Below, piece by piece: positions 39,039-48,919 of a stretch of DNA of 64,000 nucleotides. Numbering within the stretch: position 1 is the first letter of the stretch; every line of letters begins with the position of its first letter. The notes below the pieces were generated by a model, which did not search any database, had not been told where the DNA came from, and saw only the letters and a list, made by a program, of their open reading frames with translations. The translations under genes and the position numbers were made by a program. This DNA is from an uncultured Gammaproteobacteria bacterium (GTDB taxonomy: Bacteria; Patescibacteriota; Patescibacteriia; UBA9934): assembly GCA_964613815.1 (NCBI GenBank), contig CAZTKG010000006.1, positions 10,973 to 74,972 on the forward strand. Direction: 5' to 3'.

Positions 39039-39731
39039 ATGCGAAAAGATATTGCGGCTTTGGCGAAGATGTTGAATACTCCTCATGTTCCTGGTGGGCA
39101 TTTGGAGCAAGCGGTTGTTCATCGTTCTTATTTGAACGAGCATCCGAGTTTTGAGCTTGGGCACAATGAGCGTTTGGAGTTTTTGGGGGATGCGGTACTT
39201 GAGCTTGTGGTGACGGAGTTTTTGTATGCGAATTATGATAATCCTGAAGGTGAGTTGACTAATTGGCGTGCTGCGCTCGTGAATGGGGTGAATCTGGCGA
39301 AGGTTGCTCGCGCGCTTGATATTGAGCCTTACCTTTATTTGTCGCGTGGAGAGCAGAAAGATGCGAGTGTGAAAGCGCGGAATTATATTTTGGCAAATGC
39401 GATGGAGGCTTTGATTGGAGCTGTTTATTTGGACTCTGGTTGGGATGAGGCGAAACGGTTTGTGAGTGATGTGATTTTGAGTACGCTTCCGGAGATCTTG
39501 GAGAAGAAGTTGTATATTGATCCGAAGAGTCGGTTTCAGGAGGAGAGTCAGAGTCGGATGAGTTTGACGCCGACGTATAAGGTGCTTGAGGAGACGGGGC
39601 CGGACCATAATAAGACGTTTCGTGTTGGGGTTTATCTTGGGAGTGCGCTTGTTGCGCAAGGGACGGGGAGTAGTAAGCAGGAGGCTCAGGTGGATGCGGC
39701 GACGAAGGGGATTGAGGCGAAGGGGTGGTAG
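39039..39731 (+). CDS. rnc: ribonuclease III
   Basis: NERLEFLGDAVL signature plus a dsRBD. Confidence 0.97.
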   Translation: MRKDIAALAKMLNTPHVPGGHLEQAVVHRSYLNEHPSFELGHNERLEFLGDAVLELVVTEFLYANYDNPEGELTNWRAALVNGVNLAKVARALDIEPYLYLSRGEQKDASVKARNYILANAMEALIGAVYLDSGWDEAKRFVSDVILSTLPEILEKKLYIDPKSRFQEESQSRMSLTPTYKVLEETGPDHNKTFRVGVYLGSALVAQGTGSSKQEAQVDAATKGIEAKGW

Positions 39732-39785
39732 TTTGTTTGGTGTATTTTGACAGAATTTTTTATCGTGGTACTGTTTTGTCTAGTT

Positions 39786-39848
39786 ATGGCAATTGATTTT
39801 AAGAAAACTTGTACGTGTAAGAAGATATCGGGGGATATTCTGTTTTAA
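39786..39848 (+). CDS. putative 20 aa leader peptide MAIDFKKTCTCKKISGDILF
   Basis: Starts just after a TTGACA/TG-TACTGT promoter (39747-39774) and overlaps the antiterminator arm. Confidence 0.55.
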   Translation: MAIDFKKTCTCKKISGDILF

Positions 39849-39903
39849 GGTGATTGCTTAGAAGAGATATCCCCCGGAATTTCCCTCCGGGGGATTTTGT
39901 TTT
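39829..39903 (+). terminator. terminator/antiterminator attenuator
   Basis: Terminator stem ATCCCCCGGA/TCCGGGGGAT (39869-39895) plus T-rich tail; alternative 10 bp helix 39829-39838 with 39867-39876. Confidence 0.7.
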
Positions 39904-39975
39904 GTCTTGATGATGGTTGCTTGTGGCGATCGTCGTGAGGGTGAAACCTCTGAATGTTCATTTGAGGAGAACAGC

Positions 39976-40938
39976 ATGAGTGTGAGTACGGGCGCGATTG
40001 GTTCCGTTGAGTATGACCCGGTCAGTGATCGATTCAAGGGATTCTGGACACAGGTTCCTGAGACGGTGGAGGGGGTGTCTGTGGTAATTCGGACTGCCGT
40101 TTTGGCCGGCATGATGCGTGGACAGGAGGTTCGGGATACCTGTCGGTTCACTATGCGGATGTTCGTGGGGCCTGGTGTTCGACGGCAGGATCTTCGGCTT
40201 CTGTATGAGGACTGGATGGGTGTTCCGCTTATGTGCGAGGCGTTCATTCCGATTTCTGGGGATTCGCGTGTCGGAGGGCTTGCGTACTTTGGGGGAAATC
40301 GGTCGCTTCGGCGAACGGCGGGTCGAGATGTCGCTCAGCAGTGGGAGATGTGTGCGCGTGTGAGTGATGCTGTGCGGTTCCGGACGACAGCTAGGGCGCC
40401 TTCTGGACATATGCAGCTTGAGTCGATGGATGTTGGAGCTTCTGATGCGGATGTGAGTCAGCTCGTGGAGCTCTACGGTGTCTGTTACCGCTCGTACATG
40501 ACTGTGTTCACGTGGCGGACGGTTCGTAGCATGCTTGCGGAGAACATTGTCGGGATTGTACGTGATAAGCGTTCTGGTCAGATCGTTTCCGTGGGAATGG
40601 CTGAGGTCGCGACGATTTCTGTTGGGCCTGATGACTGGCATGTGGTTGAGCTGACGGAGATGGCGACGCATCCCGAGTTTGGGGGACAGGGGCTCTCTCA
40701 GCGGATTCGGCACCAGCTTGTTCGTGAGGTTCGTGAACGATTTGGTCAGCGTGTGGTGATTCTCTCTGAATCCCGGGCGAACTGGCCGGCGGTCGTGAAG
40801 GCGAATTTGATTCTCGGCATGCGTGTGGCCGGACTTCTCGATCAGGCGGCGGTGATTTCTTCCAACATGGAGGTGCGGCCGCAGGATGGGAAGTATGGGA
40901 GTCTGTTTGTTCTTTATCTTCCGGTTGTGATCCGGTAG
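39976..40938 (+). CDS. GNAT acetyltransferase (resembles beta-lysine N-acetyltransferase AblB/YodP-like proteins)
   Basis: ELTEMATHPEFGGQGLS acetyl-CoA motif A, SESRA; GAGGAG Shine-Dalgarno. Confidence 0.7.
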   Translation: MSVSTGAIGSVEYDPVSDRFKGFWTQVPETVEGVSVVIRTAVLAGMMRGQEVRDTCRFTMRMFVGPGVRRQDLRLLYEDWMGVPLMCEAFIPISGDSRVGGLAYFGGNRSLRRTAGRDVAQQWEMCARVSDAVRFRTTARAPSGHMQLESMDVGASDADVSQLVELYGVCYRSYMTVFTWRTVRSMLAENIVGIVRDKRSGQIVSVGMAEVATISVGPDDWHVVELTEMATHPEFGGQGLSQRIRHQLVREVRERFGQRVVILSESRANWPAVVKANLILGMRVAGLLDQAAVISSNMEVRPQDGKYGSLFVLYLPVVIR

Positions 40939-40990
40939 ATGCGTGGGGCAGCTTGTGTAGCTGTCCTGTTTTTATTACTGTTTGGTTAGT

Positions 40991-42478
40991 ATGAAATTTT
41001 TGAATGGGAAATTTTTTGTTGATGGGCGGTTTTTGGCCGCTGATGTTTTGGTTGAGGATGGGGTGATTGTGCATGCGGGAGATCCTTCCGTCGAGGGTGA
41101 ACATCCCTCGACTCAGGATGGCTGCAGGGCGGAGGAAGTTGTTGATTTGGGTGGGCGATTTGTCTTGCCTGGGTTTGAGGATGCGCATAATCATCCTTCT
41201 CGGCGGAGTCGGACGTTAAGTGAAATTGATTTGCGGCGGGGGGATTTGGATTGGGAAGGGGTTGTTTCTCGTTTGCGTGATGCGTGTGAGGAGGGCTTAT
41301 CAGCCTGGATTGTTGTGCATGGATGGAATGATTCGAAATGGGGGGTGGAGGTGACGCAGGCGCTTGTTGATGAGGTTTGTGGGGATCGGGCGGTGTTCTT
41401 TTTTCATCATACGTATCACATGGGGCTTGTGAGTTCTGCGGGGATTGCGAAATTGCGATCTGAGGGATGGAAAGGGGAGGATGAGGAGGGCGCTGTTCAT
41501 GAGAAAAATTTTGTGGAGGTTGAGGTGCGTACGGCGCCAGGGGTTATGGAGACGGCGGAGAATATTAAGCGGTATTGTGATGGGTGGATGGAGAAGGGGA
41601 TTGTTGCGGTGCATGATATGTATGTGACGAGTTTTGATCAGCTGGAGGCGTATGTGCGACTTTTGGATGATGAGGAGTTTGTGATGAATGTTTCGCTTTT
41701 TGTGGATGCGCGGTTGTTTGAGGAGAGGGGTCGGTTTCGGGCGTATGTTGATCGGTTGAAGGGGCAGATTCAGATTCGTGGGGTGAAGGTGTTTATGGAT
41801 GGGACGATTGGGACGAAGACGGCTTGTTTTAAAGAGGCTTATTGTTGTGGGATGATTGGGTCGACGTTTGTGTGTGAAGAGGAGTTTCGACGTATTGTGG
41901 ATTTGATGGCGTCTTTTGGGTTGAGGGATGTGGCAGTGCATGCGATTGGAGATGGAGGGATTGAGAAGGTTTTGGATATTGTGGAGGCGATTGGAGATGA
42001 GCGTTTGCGATGGCGACTTGAGCATTGTGAGATGCTTGTGCCGGAGGCTTTGGTTAGGATGAAAAAGCTTGGTGTTGTCGCGAGTGTGCAGCCGAATTTT
42101 TTGTGGGATGCGGTGCATTATGGTGATCGGCTTGGGGATCGGGTGAAGGAGCTTGTGCCGCTTCGAAGTATTCTTGATCATGATGTTTTGATGCCGTTTG
42201 GGAGTGATGATATGCCGAGTGGGCCGATGGATGGGATTGGATGGGCAGTTGATGAGGGGCAGTTTCCGCGTCGGGCGGTGACGTTTGCGGAGGCGGTGGA
42301 TGCGTATACGCGGGTGAGTGCGGAGGTGGTTGAGGCGGGGGATCGGCGGGGGAGGATTGCGGAGGGGTGTGAGGCGAGTTTTGTGGTTTATGATGAAGAT
42401 GTTTCGGGGATGATGTCGGCGGAGATGATGAAGGTTTTGCCTCGGGAGGTTTGGGTGAGGGGGAGGAGAGTGAAATAA
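40991..42478 (+). CDS. amidohydrolase family 3 (YtcJ-like)
   Basis: PGFEDAHNH, KVFMDG, HAIGD, RLEH, FGSD. Confidence 0.9.
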   Translation: MKFLNGKFFVDGRFLAADVLVEDGVIVHAGDPSVEGEHPSTQDGCRAEEVVDLGGRFVLPGFEDAHNHPSRRSRTLSEIDLRRGDLDWEGVVSRLRDACEEGLSAWIVVHGWNDSKWGVEVTQALVDEVCGDRAVFFFHHTYHMGLVSSAGIAKLRSEGWKGEDEEGAVHEKNFVEVEVRTAPGVMETAENIKRYCDGWMEKGIVAVHDMYVTSFDQLEAYVRLLDDEEFVMNVSLFVDARLFEERGRFRAYVDRLKGQIQIRGVKVFMDGTIGTKTACFKEAYCCGMIGSTFVCEEEFRRIVDLMASFGLRDVAVHAIGDGGIEKVLDIVEAIGDERLRWRLEHCEMLVPEALVRMKKLGVVASVQPNFLWDAVHYGDRLGDRVKELVPLRSILDHDVLMPFGSDDMPSGPMDGIGWAVDEGQFPRRAVTFAEAVDAYTRVSAEVVEAGDRRGRIAEGCEASFVVYDEDVSGMMSAEMMKVLPREVWVRGRRVK

Positions 42479-42559
42479 AAAAACGACCGTGATGAGGTTC
42501 GGTTGTTTTTTGATGAGATCTCTCTACTCACTTCGTTCGGTCGAGATGGGCAGAGGGGT

Positions 42560-42757
42560 TTATGATATTAGTTGTACGACGTAGTGGCCGGCTATGAGGG
42601 ATAGGCCGATGAGCATGGTGATGAAGGTGATTTTGAGGACGGCTGCGGCGTCGTCGTCGTCTTTGACGAAGGACATAAAGATAAAGCTCGCGAATCCGAT
42701 GATTAGCGCGACGGGAATAACCGTAAGTACAATGCCTGTGATGAGCATGTATGACAT
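42560..42757 (-). CDS. small membrane protein (two transmembrane helices)
   Basis: 65 aa, two hydrophobic helices. Confidence 0.65.
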   Translation of the reverse strand: MSYMLITGIVLTVIPVALIIGFASFIFMSFVKDDDDAAAVLKITFITMLIGLSLIAGHYVVQLIS

Positions 42758-42838
42758 GTGTCTATGATATCAAAATTGGCTAACGCTATCTATTTGTTGA
42801 CGGGATAAGTCTTGTGCGCTATGATCTCGGCACAATTT

Positions 42839-42914
42839 GCGGCGTTAGCTCAGTTGGTAGAGCAGATGGCTCTTAACCATTTGGTCGGAGGTTCGAGTCC
42901 TCCACGCCGCACCA
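42839..42914 (+). tRNA. tRNA-Lys(CTT)
   Basis: Cloverleaf GCGGCGT/ACGCCGC, anticodon loop CT-CTT-AA, TTCGA T-loop, encoded CCA. Confidence 0.97.
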
Positions 42915-43053
42915 CAGGCTTGTTAAAATGTCCTGAGATCGTCCCGAATCTCCGTTCCTCGACTACGTACTTGTATGTACGTTTTACTGCGGTACTCGAT
43001 TCGAAACGATCTCAGAACATTTTTCCTGCGCCTGTCTTGCTGATTACATTTAT

Positions 43054-43131
43054 GCGGCGTTAGCTCAGTTGGATTAGAGCGTCTGGCTTCGGACCAGAAG
43101 GTCGGGGGTTCGAGCCCCTCACGCCGCACCA
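43054..43131 (+). tRNA. tRNA-Arg(TCG)
   Basis: Cloverleaf, anticodon loop CT-TCG-GA, encoded CCA. Confidence 0.97.
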
Positions 43132-43207
43132 AGAAGTCCTCGCATTTATGCGGGGGTTTTTTGTTTTGTGAAATCTTGTAAGATATGGATGTTCTTTTGG
43201 AGGCTCT

Positions 43208-43864
43208 ATGTCTTTGTTCTTTTTTTCTTATCTCATCGACGTTAACTTTAGTCCTGATTTTAAATCGTCTGCGTTTTATGCGATGGTATTAACTCTTGTT
43301 CTTGGTGGTTCTTGTTTGAAGCAGTTCATGGAGATTTTTGAACTTGAATCAGATGAATCGTTGGATTTTAAGTTCTTCTCGTATGACGTTGCCGTTTGTT
43401 TTTGTTTTTTTGTGTTTGGATTTGGATTTGGGGATTTTGCAACCATGTTCAATGGATTGTTTCTCGGGGGGATCAATTCATTGATCGTTGTTGGGATTTG
43501 GAAGTATGGCGAGTTTTCGCTTTTTAGATTGGTTTTTCTTTGCGCTTCCCTTTGCCTTGTTCCTGTCATGGTGTTTATTCCTTATCAAGAAATGATGATG
43601 CTTGGTTTAGACGTTGTATTTTTCATTCTTGCGTTGAGTCAGTTAATTACTCTCTGGAAGAGTGGGCGAACAGGTGCGATGGAAAACTCGATGAATGTCA
43701 TGTATTTTGTTTCTGATGTTTTTTGGGCTTGGCACATGCTCTATAGCGGAAAATATTTTCTTGCGGGGATTATTTGTGCCAACGGGTTGATGTTTTTTGC
43801 TACTATCGTTCTTTGGACTAAGTATTGGATTCGGGAGCGTAAGGCTATTGTTTTGGCAGGTTGA
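43208..43864 (+). CDS. polytopic membrane protein (PQ-loop/SWEET-like twofold repeat)
   Basis: About seven hydrophobic helices; KQFMEIF...SL and SQLITLW...GAM repeated motif. Confidence 0.6.
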   Translation: MSLFFFSYLIDVNFSPDFKSSAFYAMVLTLVLGGSCLKQFMEIFELESDESLDFKFFSYDVAVCFCFFVFGFGFGDFATMFNGLFLGGINSLIVVGIWKYGEFSLFRLVFLCASLCLVPVMVFIPYQEMMMLGLDVVFFILALSQLITLWKSGRTGAMENSMNVMYFVSDVFWAWHMLYSGKYFLAGIICANGLMFFATIVLWTKYWIRERKAIVLAG

Positions 43865-43920
43865 GGGGCTTGCCTGTTTTTTATTGCCAATGTCTTTCGG
43901 ACGCGTTAGACTCTTTGCAT

Positions 43921-45153
43921 ATGAAACAGTCACATCTTTTTACGAAGACGTCGAAGCAGGTTCCTGCGGATGCGGATAGTGCGAATGCTCGGTTTTTGAT
44001 TCAAGGGGGGTTTGTGAGTCAGCTTGCAGCCGGTGTGTATTCGTATTTGCCTCTAGGGCTTCGGGTTCTTGATAAGATTAAAAACATTGTTCGGGAGGAG
44101 CTTGATGCGATTGGGGGGCAGGAGATTTATATGCCTGCGCTTCAGCCGAAGCAGCTTTATGATAAGACGGGGCGATGGGATGCGATTGATGTGCTTTTTA
44201 AGGTTGAGGGGCATGGGAAGGAGTATGGGCTTAGTTGTACGGCTGAAGAGGTTGTGACGCCGCTTGTGAAAGAGTTTGTGAAGTCTTATAAGGATTTGCC
44301 TGTTGCGGTGTATCAGATTCAGGATAAGTTTCGGAATGAGGCTCGGGCGAAAAGCGGGCTTTTGCGGGGGCGGGAATTTTCGATGAAAGATTTGTATAGT
44401 TTTCATGCGGATGAGGCTGACTTTTTGGCGTTTTATGAAAAGGCGAAGGAGGCTTATTTGAAGATTTATTCTCGGTGTGGACTTGAGGCGATGGTTGTTG
44501 AAGCGGATGGTGGGGTGTTTACGGAGAAGCATTCGCATGAATTTCAGGTGATGACTGAAGCGGGGGAGGATCATGTTTATGTTGATAAGGAGACTAGGGA
44601 GGCATCGAATCGAGAGATTGTTCCTGAGGCGGATTGGGGGTCTGATAAATATGAGGTGAAGAAGTCGATTGAGGTTGGCAATATTTTTCCGCTTGAGACG
44701 AAATTTTCTGATGCGTTTAAGTTTTCTGTTCAGGATGCGAAAGGGAAGCAGATCTCGCCGATCATGGGGTGCTATGGGATTGGGCCTAGTCGGACGATGG
44801 GAGCGGTTGTTGAGGTTCATCATGATGAGAAGGGGATTATTTGGCCGAAGGAGATTGCGCCTTTTGGTGTGCATTTGATTAGTTTGGAGGGGCGCGATGG
44901 CGAGGGGCGTGTGCGGGAGGTGAGTGAAGGGCTTTATGATGATTTGCGCGCGGCTGGTGTGGAGGTGCTTTGGGATGATCGTGATGCGCGAGCTGGTGCG
45001 AAGTTTGCGGATGCGGATGTGATTGGGATTCCTGTGCGATTGGTTGTGAGTGAGAAGACGCTTGCGGAGGATAATGTGGAATGGAAAGAGCGGAGTGGGG
45101 ATGAGGTGAAGATGGTGAATGTGGGGGATGTTGTGGGGATGTTGAAGGGATAG
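43921..45153 (+). CDS. proS: proline--tRNA ligase (short form lacking the insertion editing domain)
   Basis: GVYSYLPLG, KFRNEARAKSGLLRGREFSMKD, IEVGNIF, MGCYGIG. Confidence 0.95.
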   Translation: MKQSHLFTKTSKQVPADADSANARFLIQGGFVSQLAAGVYSYLPLGLRVLDKIKNIVREELDAIGGQEIYMPALQPKQLYDKTGRWDAIDVLFKVEGHGKEYGLSCTAEEVVTPLVKEFVKSYKDLPVAVYQIQDKFRNEARAKSGLLRGREFSMKDLYSFHADEADFLAFYEKAKEAYLKIYSRCGLEAMVVEADGGVFTEKHSHEFQVMTEAGEDHVYVDKETREASNREIVPEADWGSDKYEVKKSIEVGNIFPLETKFSDAFKFSVQDAKGKQISPIMGCYGIGPSRTMGAVVEVHHDEKGIIWPKEIAPFGVHLISLEGRDGEGRVREVSEGLYDDLRAAGVEVLWDDRDARAGAKFADADVIGIPVRLVVSEKTLAEDNVEWKERSGDEVKMVNVGDVVGMLKG

Positions 45154-45197
45154 AGTTTGGAGAGAAATAAAAAATACGCCTGAGAGGGCGTTTTTGG

Positions 45198-45719
45198 CTA
45201 CTGGAGGTTGATGGCTCGACTTGGGTCGTTGAGTTGGTCAGAGAAGAAATTCCAGAAGGCTATCGAGATGTATATACCGATCCAGATGACTACGGTTGCA
45301 GCCGTGGCTATTGCGAGGCATGTCGAGAGTGGCATGGATATTGGGTCTCCCGTGGTGACGAGTGACCATCCCATGACCGGGGCCATCACGATGGCATGGA
45401 CGATGATTGCTGCGAGCGATATCATCCAGATTAGCAGGGCTAGTCCTACTGTATCGCCGAACGTTGGAGGTTCTGGCGGGATATCTTCTTCGCAGGTTTC
45501 TCCGTTTGATGTCCAGCTTGTCGTGTTTAGCAAGCTCTCGAGTGATGATTCGGGTGGATGCCAGCCGAGAACGCCGGCTCTCAGGATGTGGAATAGTAAG
45601 ACCCAAATGAGTTTGATGCACGATGCGATGACACGCCAAGCGAAGATGTGTGGCGGTGCGTGGGTTTCGGTTGGCTTGGATTTGGAGTGGGCTTTGTAGA
45701 GGTGATGAGCGAGCGACAT
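45198..45719 (-). CDS. hypothetical membrane protein
   Basis: Three hydrophobic segments; start uncertain. Confidence 0.6.
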   Translation of the reverse strand: MSLAHHLYKAHSKSKPTETHAPPHIFAWRVIASCIKLIWVLLFHILRAGVLGWHPPESSLESLLNTTSWTSNGETCEEDIPPEPPTFGDTVGLALLIWMISLAAIIVHAIVMAPVMGWSLVTTGDPISMPLSTCLAIATAATVVIWIGIYISIAFWNFFSDQLNDPSRAINLQ

Positions 45720-45949
45720 TTGTTTCTCGTTGAGAAGGTGCTTTTTTAGCCTAGCATTGCATTTTTTGGTGTGCAAGTAATGATGGATGATGTGATGATA
45801 CTGTGTCATGATATTTATTTATGCTTGTTTGGTGATTCGGGATTTTTGTTTGTTGGGATTGTAGCGTTTTTGATGATTGGTCGTTGGGCATGTGACTGAT
45901 CTTGATATCCACCTCTTTGTGAGGTGGATTTTTGGTAGAATGGTTTTAT

Positions 45950-48868
45950 ATGTATGGAGAATTTGAGAATAGCGTTGCCCGTCCTGTGGAGCGTGAGGAG
46001 CAGTTTGAGATGGATTATCGATTCTTTTTTTCTGATCCTGAATGGCCGAGGCGGATGGAAGGTTCTTTACCGGAAGATCATGTAGAGATGGCGAAGTGGC
46101 TTTTGGAACATCGGCGAGTTCGGTTGTTGCTTGATCATCGTGAGTTGTTTGAGATTGAGGATGTAGCTTTGATGGAAATTGCTATTGAGATGGATTCGGG
46201 TGATTTTTCTCGGTTACTTATGAATGAGGGGTTTGTGATGAATATTGGTTCTGTAGCGCTTGTTGCGCGGATGATGGAGGCTCAGTTTTATGATCATGTT
46301 CAGTGGTTTTTGAATAGTCCGTTTTTGGAGGGGGAGAAGCTGTCTCAGGGGCTTTTATTTCAGATGTTGGATGCTGAGATAAGGGTTGATGTTGAGAAGT
46401 TTGAGTATGATCCGACTGAGTTGGCGAAGTATTTGGCTGGGAAGGGAAATTATACTTATGTTAATTGGGGGGAGGAGGTAAGGGCGGAGGTTGATTTTGT
46501 TGATTTGGGGCGGGAGTTGATTCGATTGAATCGGTTGAGTCAGATGATGCATCAGGCGGGGTATAATCAATTGTTTTTGGAGGATGAGCTTCGGGGTGAA
46601 GTGCGAGAAGCGATGTTGAGGCACGTGCCTAATGACGGGGAGTTTCATGTGTTCGGAGAGTATGAGGATGCGTATGATGATGGAAATACTCAGGCGTTTG
46701 CCGAGGAGATGGTTGCGGTTGGCAACGAGGCGACGATGGTGCGAATTTTGAATGGGTTTCGAGGGCTTGATTGGGATTTTGGGAAGCAAGTTTTGGCGAT
46801 GGATGGTGGGCCGGAGGCGGTTGGGCAGGCGCTTAAGGTTGAGGGGGTTTTTGCGAAGAAGGCGGATGAGGATGTGGCCATCGCGCTTCTTGAAGGGGAC
46901 GAGGGTTGTCTTCCGGCGGATGGGAATGGAGTGATTGATTTTGAAATATATTTTGAACGATTTGGTCCTCGTTTTGCGTCGGCTTGTATTGATGCTGGAG
47001 ATCCTGAGACGCTTGTTGATGCGCTTGGGATTTCGCGTGGTTTGTCGGCGAATATGTTTCGTCGTCTTGTAGAGGTTGAAGGAATTGATGTTCTTTTGAA
47101 TAAGAAGAGTGTGATGGCGTTTGATTTTGAGGGAGAGGCGGTTTCTGTTATTGAGATGCTTGTTCAGTGGCGTGCGTCGACTGGGGAGATTGAGCGCGTA
47201 CTTGATCGACATACGTTTTCTTTGGAGGAGACGAAGCGGCTTGTTGAGATTTTTTGTGAGGAGCGAGATTTGTATGCGCTTGCGTATTTGTTAGATGCGC
47301 GTCTTGCAGAGACGCTTGATGCGGATTTGCGGTTTTCCGGTGAGGCGTTTGGGATGCAGCTTGATAAGCGCGTGTATGATTTGGTACGTCGGTTTCGTGC
47401 AGGAGAGTTATCTGAGCAAGATGTTTTTGAGTTGACGCAGTTTGGGATTGCGCATCCTGAACGTGGAGAGGGGGTCGAGTTTGTGCGGGCTGCGCGTCAG
47501 TTTAAGGAAGAGGTGTTTTCTTTTGAGGGAGTTGATACGGGTCGTTTGCTTCATTCGGATTTGCGCATGAAGGTTTTTTTGCATGAGATTCGATTTTCTT
47601 CGGCGGAGTTTGGACAGGATGTTGAGCCTAAATATTTGATTGAGAAATATCAGGAATTGCGGGATGCTGGAAGATTGAAGGAGCTTGATCCGGCGTTTGA
47701 GTCTAGTGAGGTGGTGAATATTGATAAGCTTGATCGAGATGCGCTTGCAGCGTTTCAGTTTACGGATGGGGGGTTGAATCGGTTTGAGGATTTTCGTGGA
47801 GCTCTTGGGAGGGCGTTTGCGATGATTGATAGTGATCAGGCGGCTTCGGGGGTTGTGAATATGATTGGGTATAAGCGAGATCAGCTTGTTCAGGAGCTTC
47901 GAGTGAAGGTGCTTGAAATGGATAATGAACGGGCGGTGGCAGCGATGCAGAAGCGCATTGATGTGCTTGAGGGGATGGATTTTGAGGATATGTCGGATTG
48001 GCGAGAGATGTTTTTGACGTTGTCTTCGTTTCGTGGAGTTTTTGATGAGGAGCTTCGGATTGGTGTGCTTTGGTGGGGACTGCAGCAGCTCAGTGATGAT
48101 CGTCTTGAGGTGGCGCGGGAGTTGGTTCAGCGGACGAGTGTTCGGTCGCGCGTGATGGGGAAGGAGTTTTCTTGGATGGCGAATTTTGTTGGGCACTTGA
48201 TGCGGAAGGAGGTGCTTGCGGAGACGTTTACGGAGGTTGATGAGCGAGGGAAGCGAACGAAGCGTGGGAAGAAGGTTTCTCGGGCGCTTGGGGGGCTTTT
48301 GTCGGTGAAGGGATTGGATCAAGAAGTTGGGCGGCTTCGGGATGTGGGTACGCGAGGGACGATGGAGATGCAGCTTGTTCCGCAGCGGAATATTATGACA
48401 GAATTTTCTGGGCATATTGGGGATGCGTGTTGGGCTGGGAAGGAGGATTCTATGCTTGAGAGGTATCCGAATGTGACAAGTGTGACGATGGTGATGAATC
48501 CGGAGAGTGAGAAGCATCGGCGGCTTGCGGGGAGTATGATGCTTTTGGAGGTGACGGCGGATGATGGGACGGATCTTTTGGTTATGCGAGGTGTGAACCC
48601 GCTCGAGAATGTGATTAATCAGTTGAGTCCCAGGGCGTTTGTGCAGGTGCTTCGTGAATATTTGGAGCCTATTGCCGAGAAGATGGGGCGGAAGCTTGGG
48701 ATGGTGATTGATAAGAAGTCTGGGGATGCGGCGACGAATCGGCCGACGTTGTTTGGGTATTTGAAAGATGAGTTGAAGGGAGAGCTTGTGCAGATGAAGG
48801 TTTCGGATGAGGCTGCGACGTTTAATGGGTATGATATTCGGAATGATGTTTATGTGTTTGGGGATTAG
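45950..48868 (+). CDS. large hypothetical protein (~970 aa)
   Basis: Long uninterrupted ORF; helical N-terminal region and a C-terminal alpha/beta region with GHIGDACWAG. Confidence 0.85.
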   Translation: MYGEFENSVARPVEREEQFEMDYRFFFSDPEWPRRMEGSLPEDHVEMAKWLLEHRRVRLLLDHRELFEIEDVALMEIAIEMDSGDFSRLLMNEGFVMNIGSVALVARMMEAQFYDHVQWFLNSPFLEGEKLSQGLLFQMLDAEIRVDVEKFEYDPTELAKYLAGKGNYTYVNWGEEVRAEVDFVDLGRELIRLNRLSQMMHQAGYNQLFLEDELRGEVREAMLRHVPNDGEFHVFGEYEDAYDDGNTQAFAEEMVAVGNEATMVRILNGFRGLDWDFGKQVLAMDGGPEAVGQALKVEGVFAKKADEDVAIALLEGDEGCLPADGNGVIDFEIYFERFGPRFASACIDAGDPETLVDALGISRGLSANMFRRLVEVEGIDVLLNKKSVMAFDFEGEAVSVIEMLVQWRASTGEIERVLDRHTFSLEETKRLVEIFCEERDLYALAYLLDARLAETLDADLRFSGEAFGMQLDKRVYDLVRRFRAGELSEQDVFELTQFGIAHPERGEGVEFVRAARQFKEEVFSFEGVDTGRLLHSDLRMKVFLHEIRFSSAEFGQDVEPKYLIEKYQELRDAGRLKELDPAFESSEVVNIDKLDRDALAAFQFTDGGLNRFEDFRGALGRAFAMIDSDQAASGVVNMIGYKRDQLVQELRVKVLEMDNERAVAAMQKRIDVLEGMDFEDMSDWREMFLTLSSFRGVFDEELRIGVLWWGLQQLSDDRLEVARELVQRTSVRSRVMGKEFSWMANFVGHLMRKEVLAETFTEVDERGKRTKRGKKVSRALGGLLSVKGLDQEVGRLRDVGTRGTMEMQLVPQRNIMTEFSGHIGDACWAGKEDSMLERYPNVTSVTMVMNPESEKHRRLAGSMMLLEVTADDGTDLLVMRGVNPLENVINQLSPRAFVQVLREYLEPIAEKMGRKLGMVIDKKSGDAATNRPTLFGYLKDELKGELVQMKVSDEAATFNGYDIRNDVYVFGD

Positions 48869-48919
48869 AATGAGGGTGGATAAAAAAATCGGCCATTGGC
48901 CGATTTTTTTGATTTTTGA

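Noticed and set aside
42839-43131. Integration site (attL/attR) suggested by duplicated tRNA ends
   Set aside because: Both copies are complete tRNAs only 139 nt apart, and no integrase is nearby.
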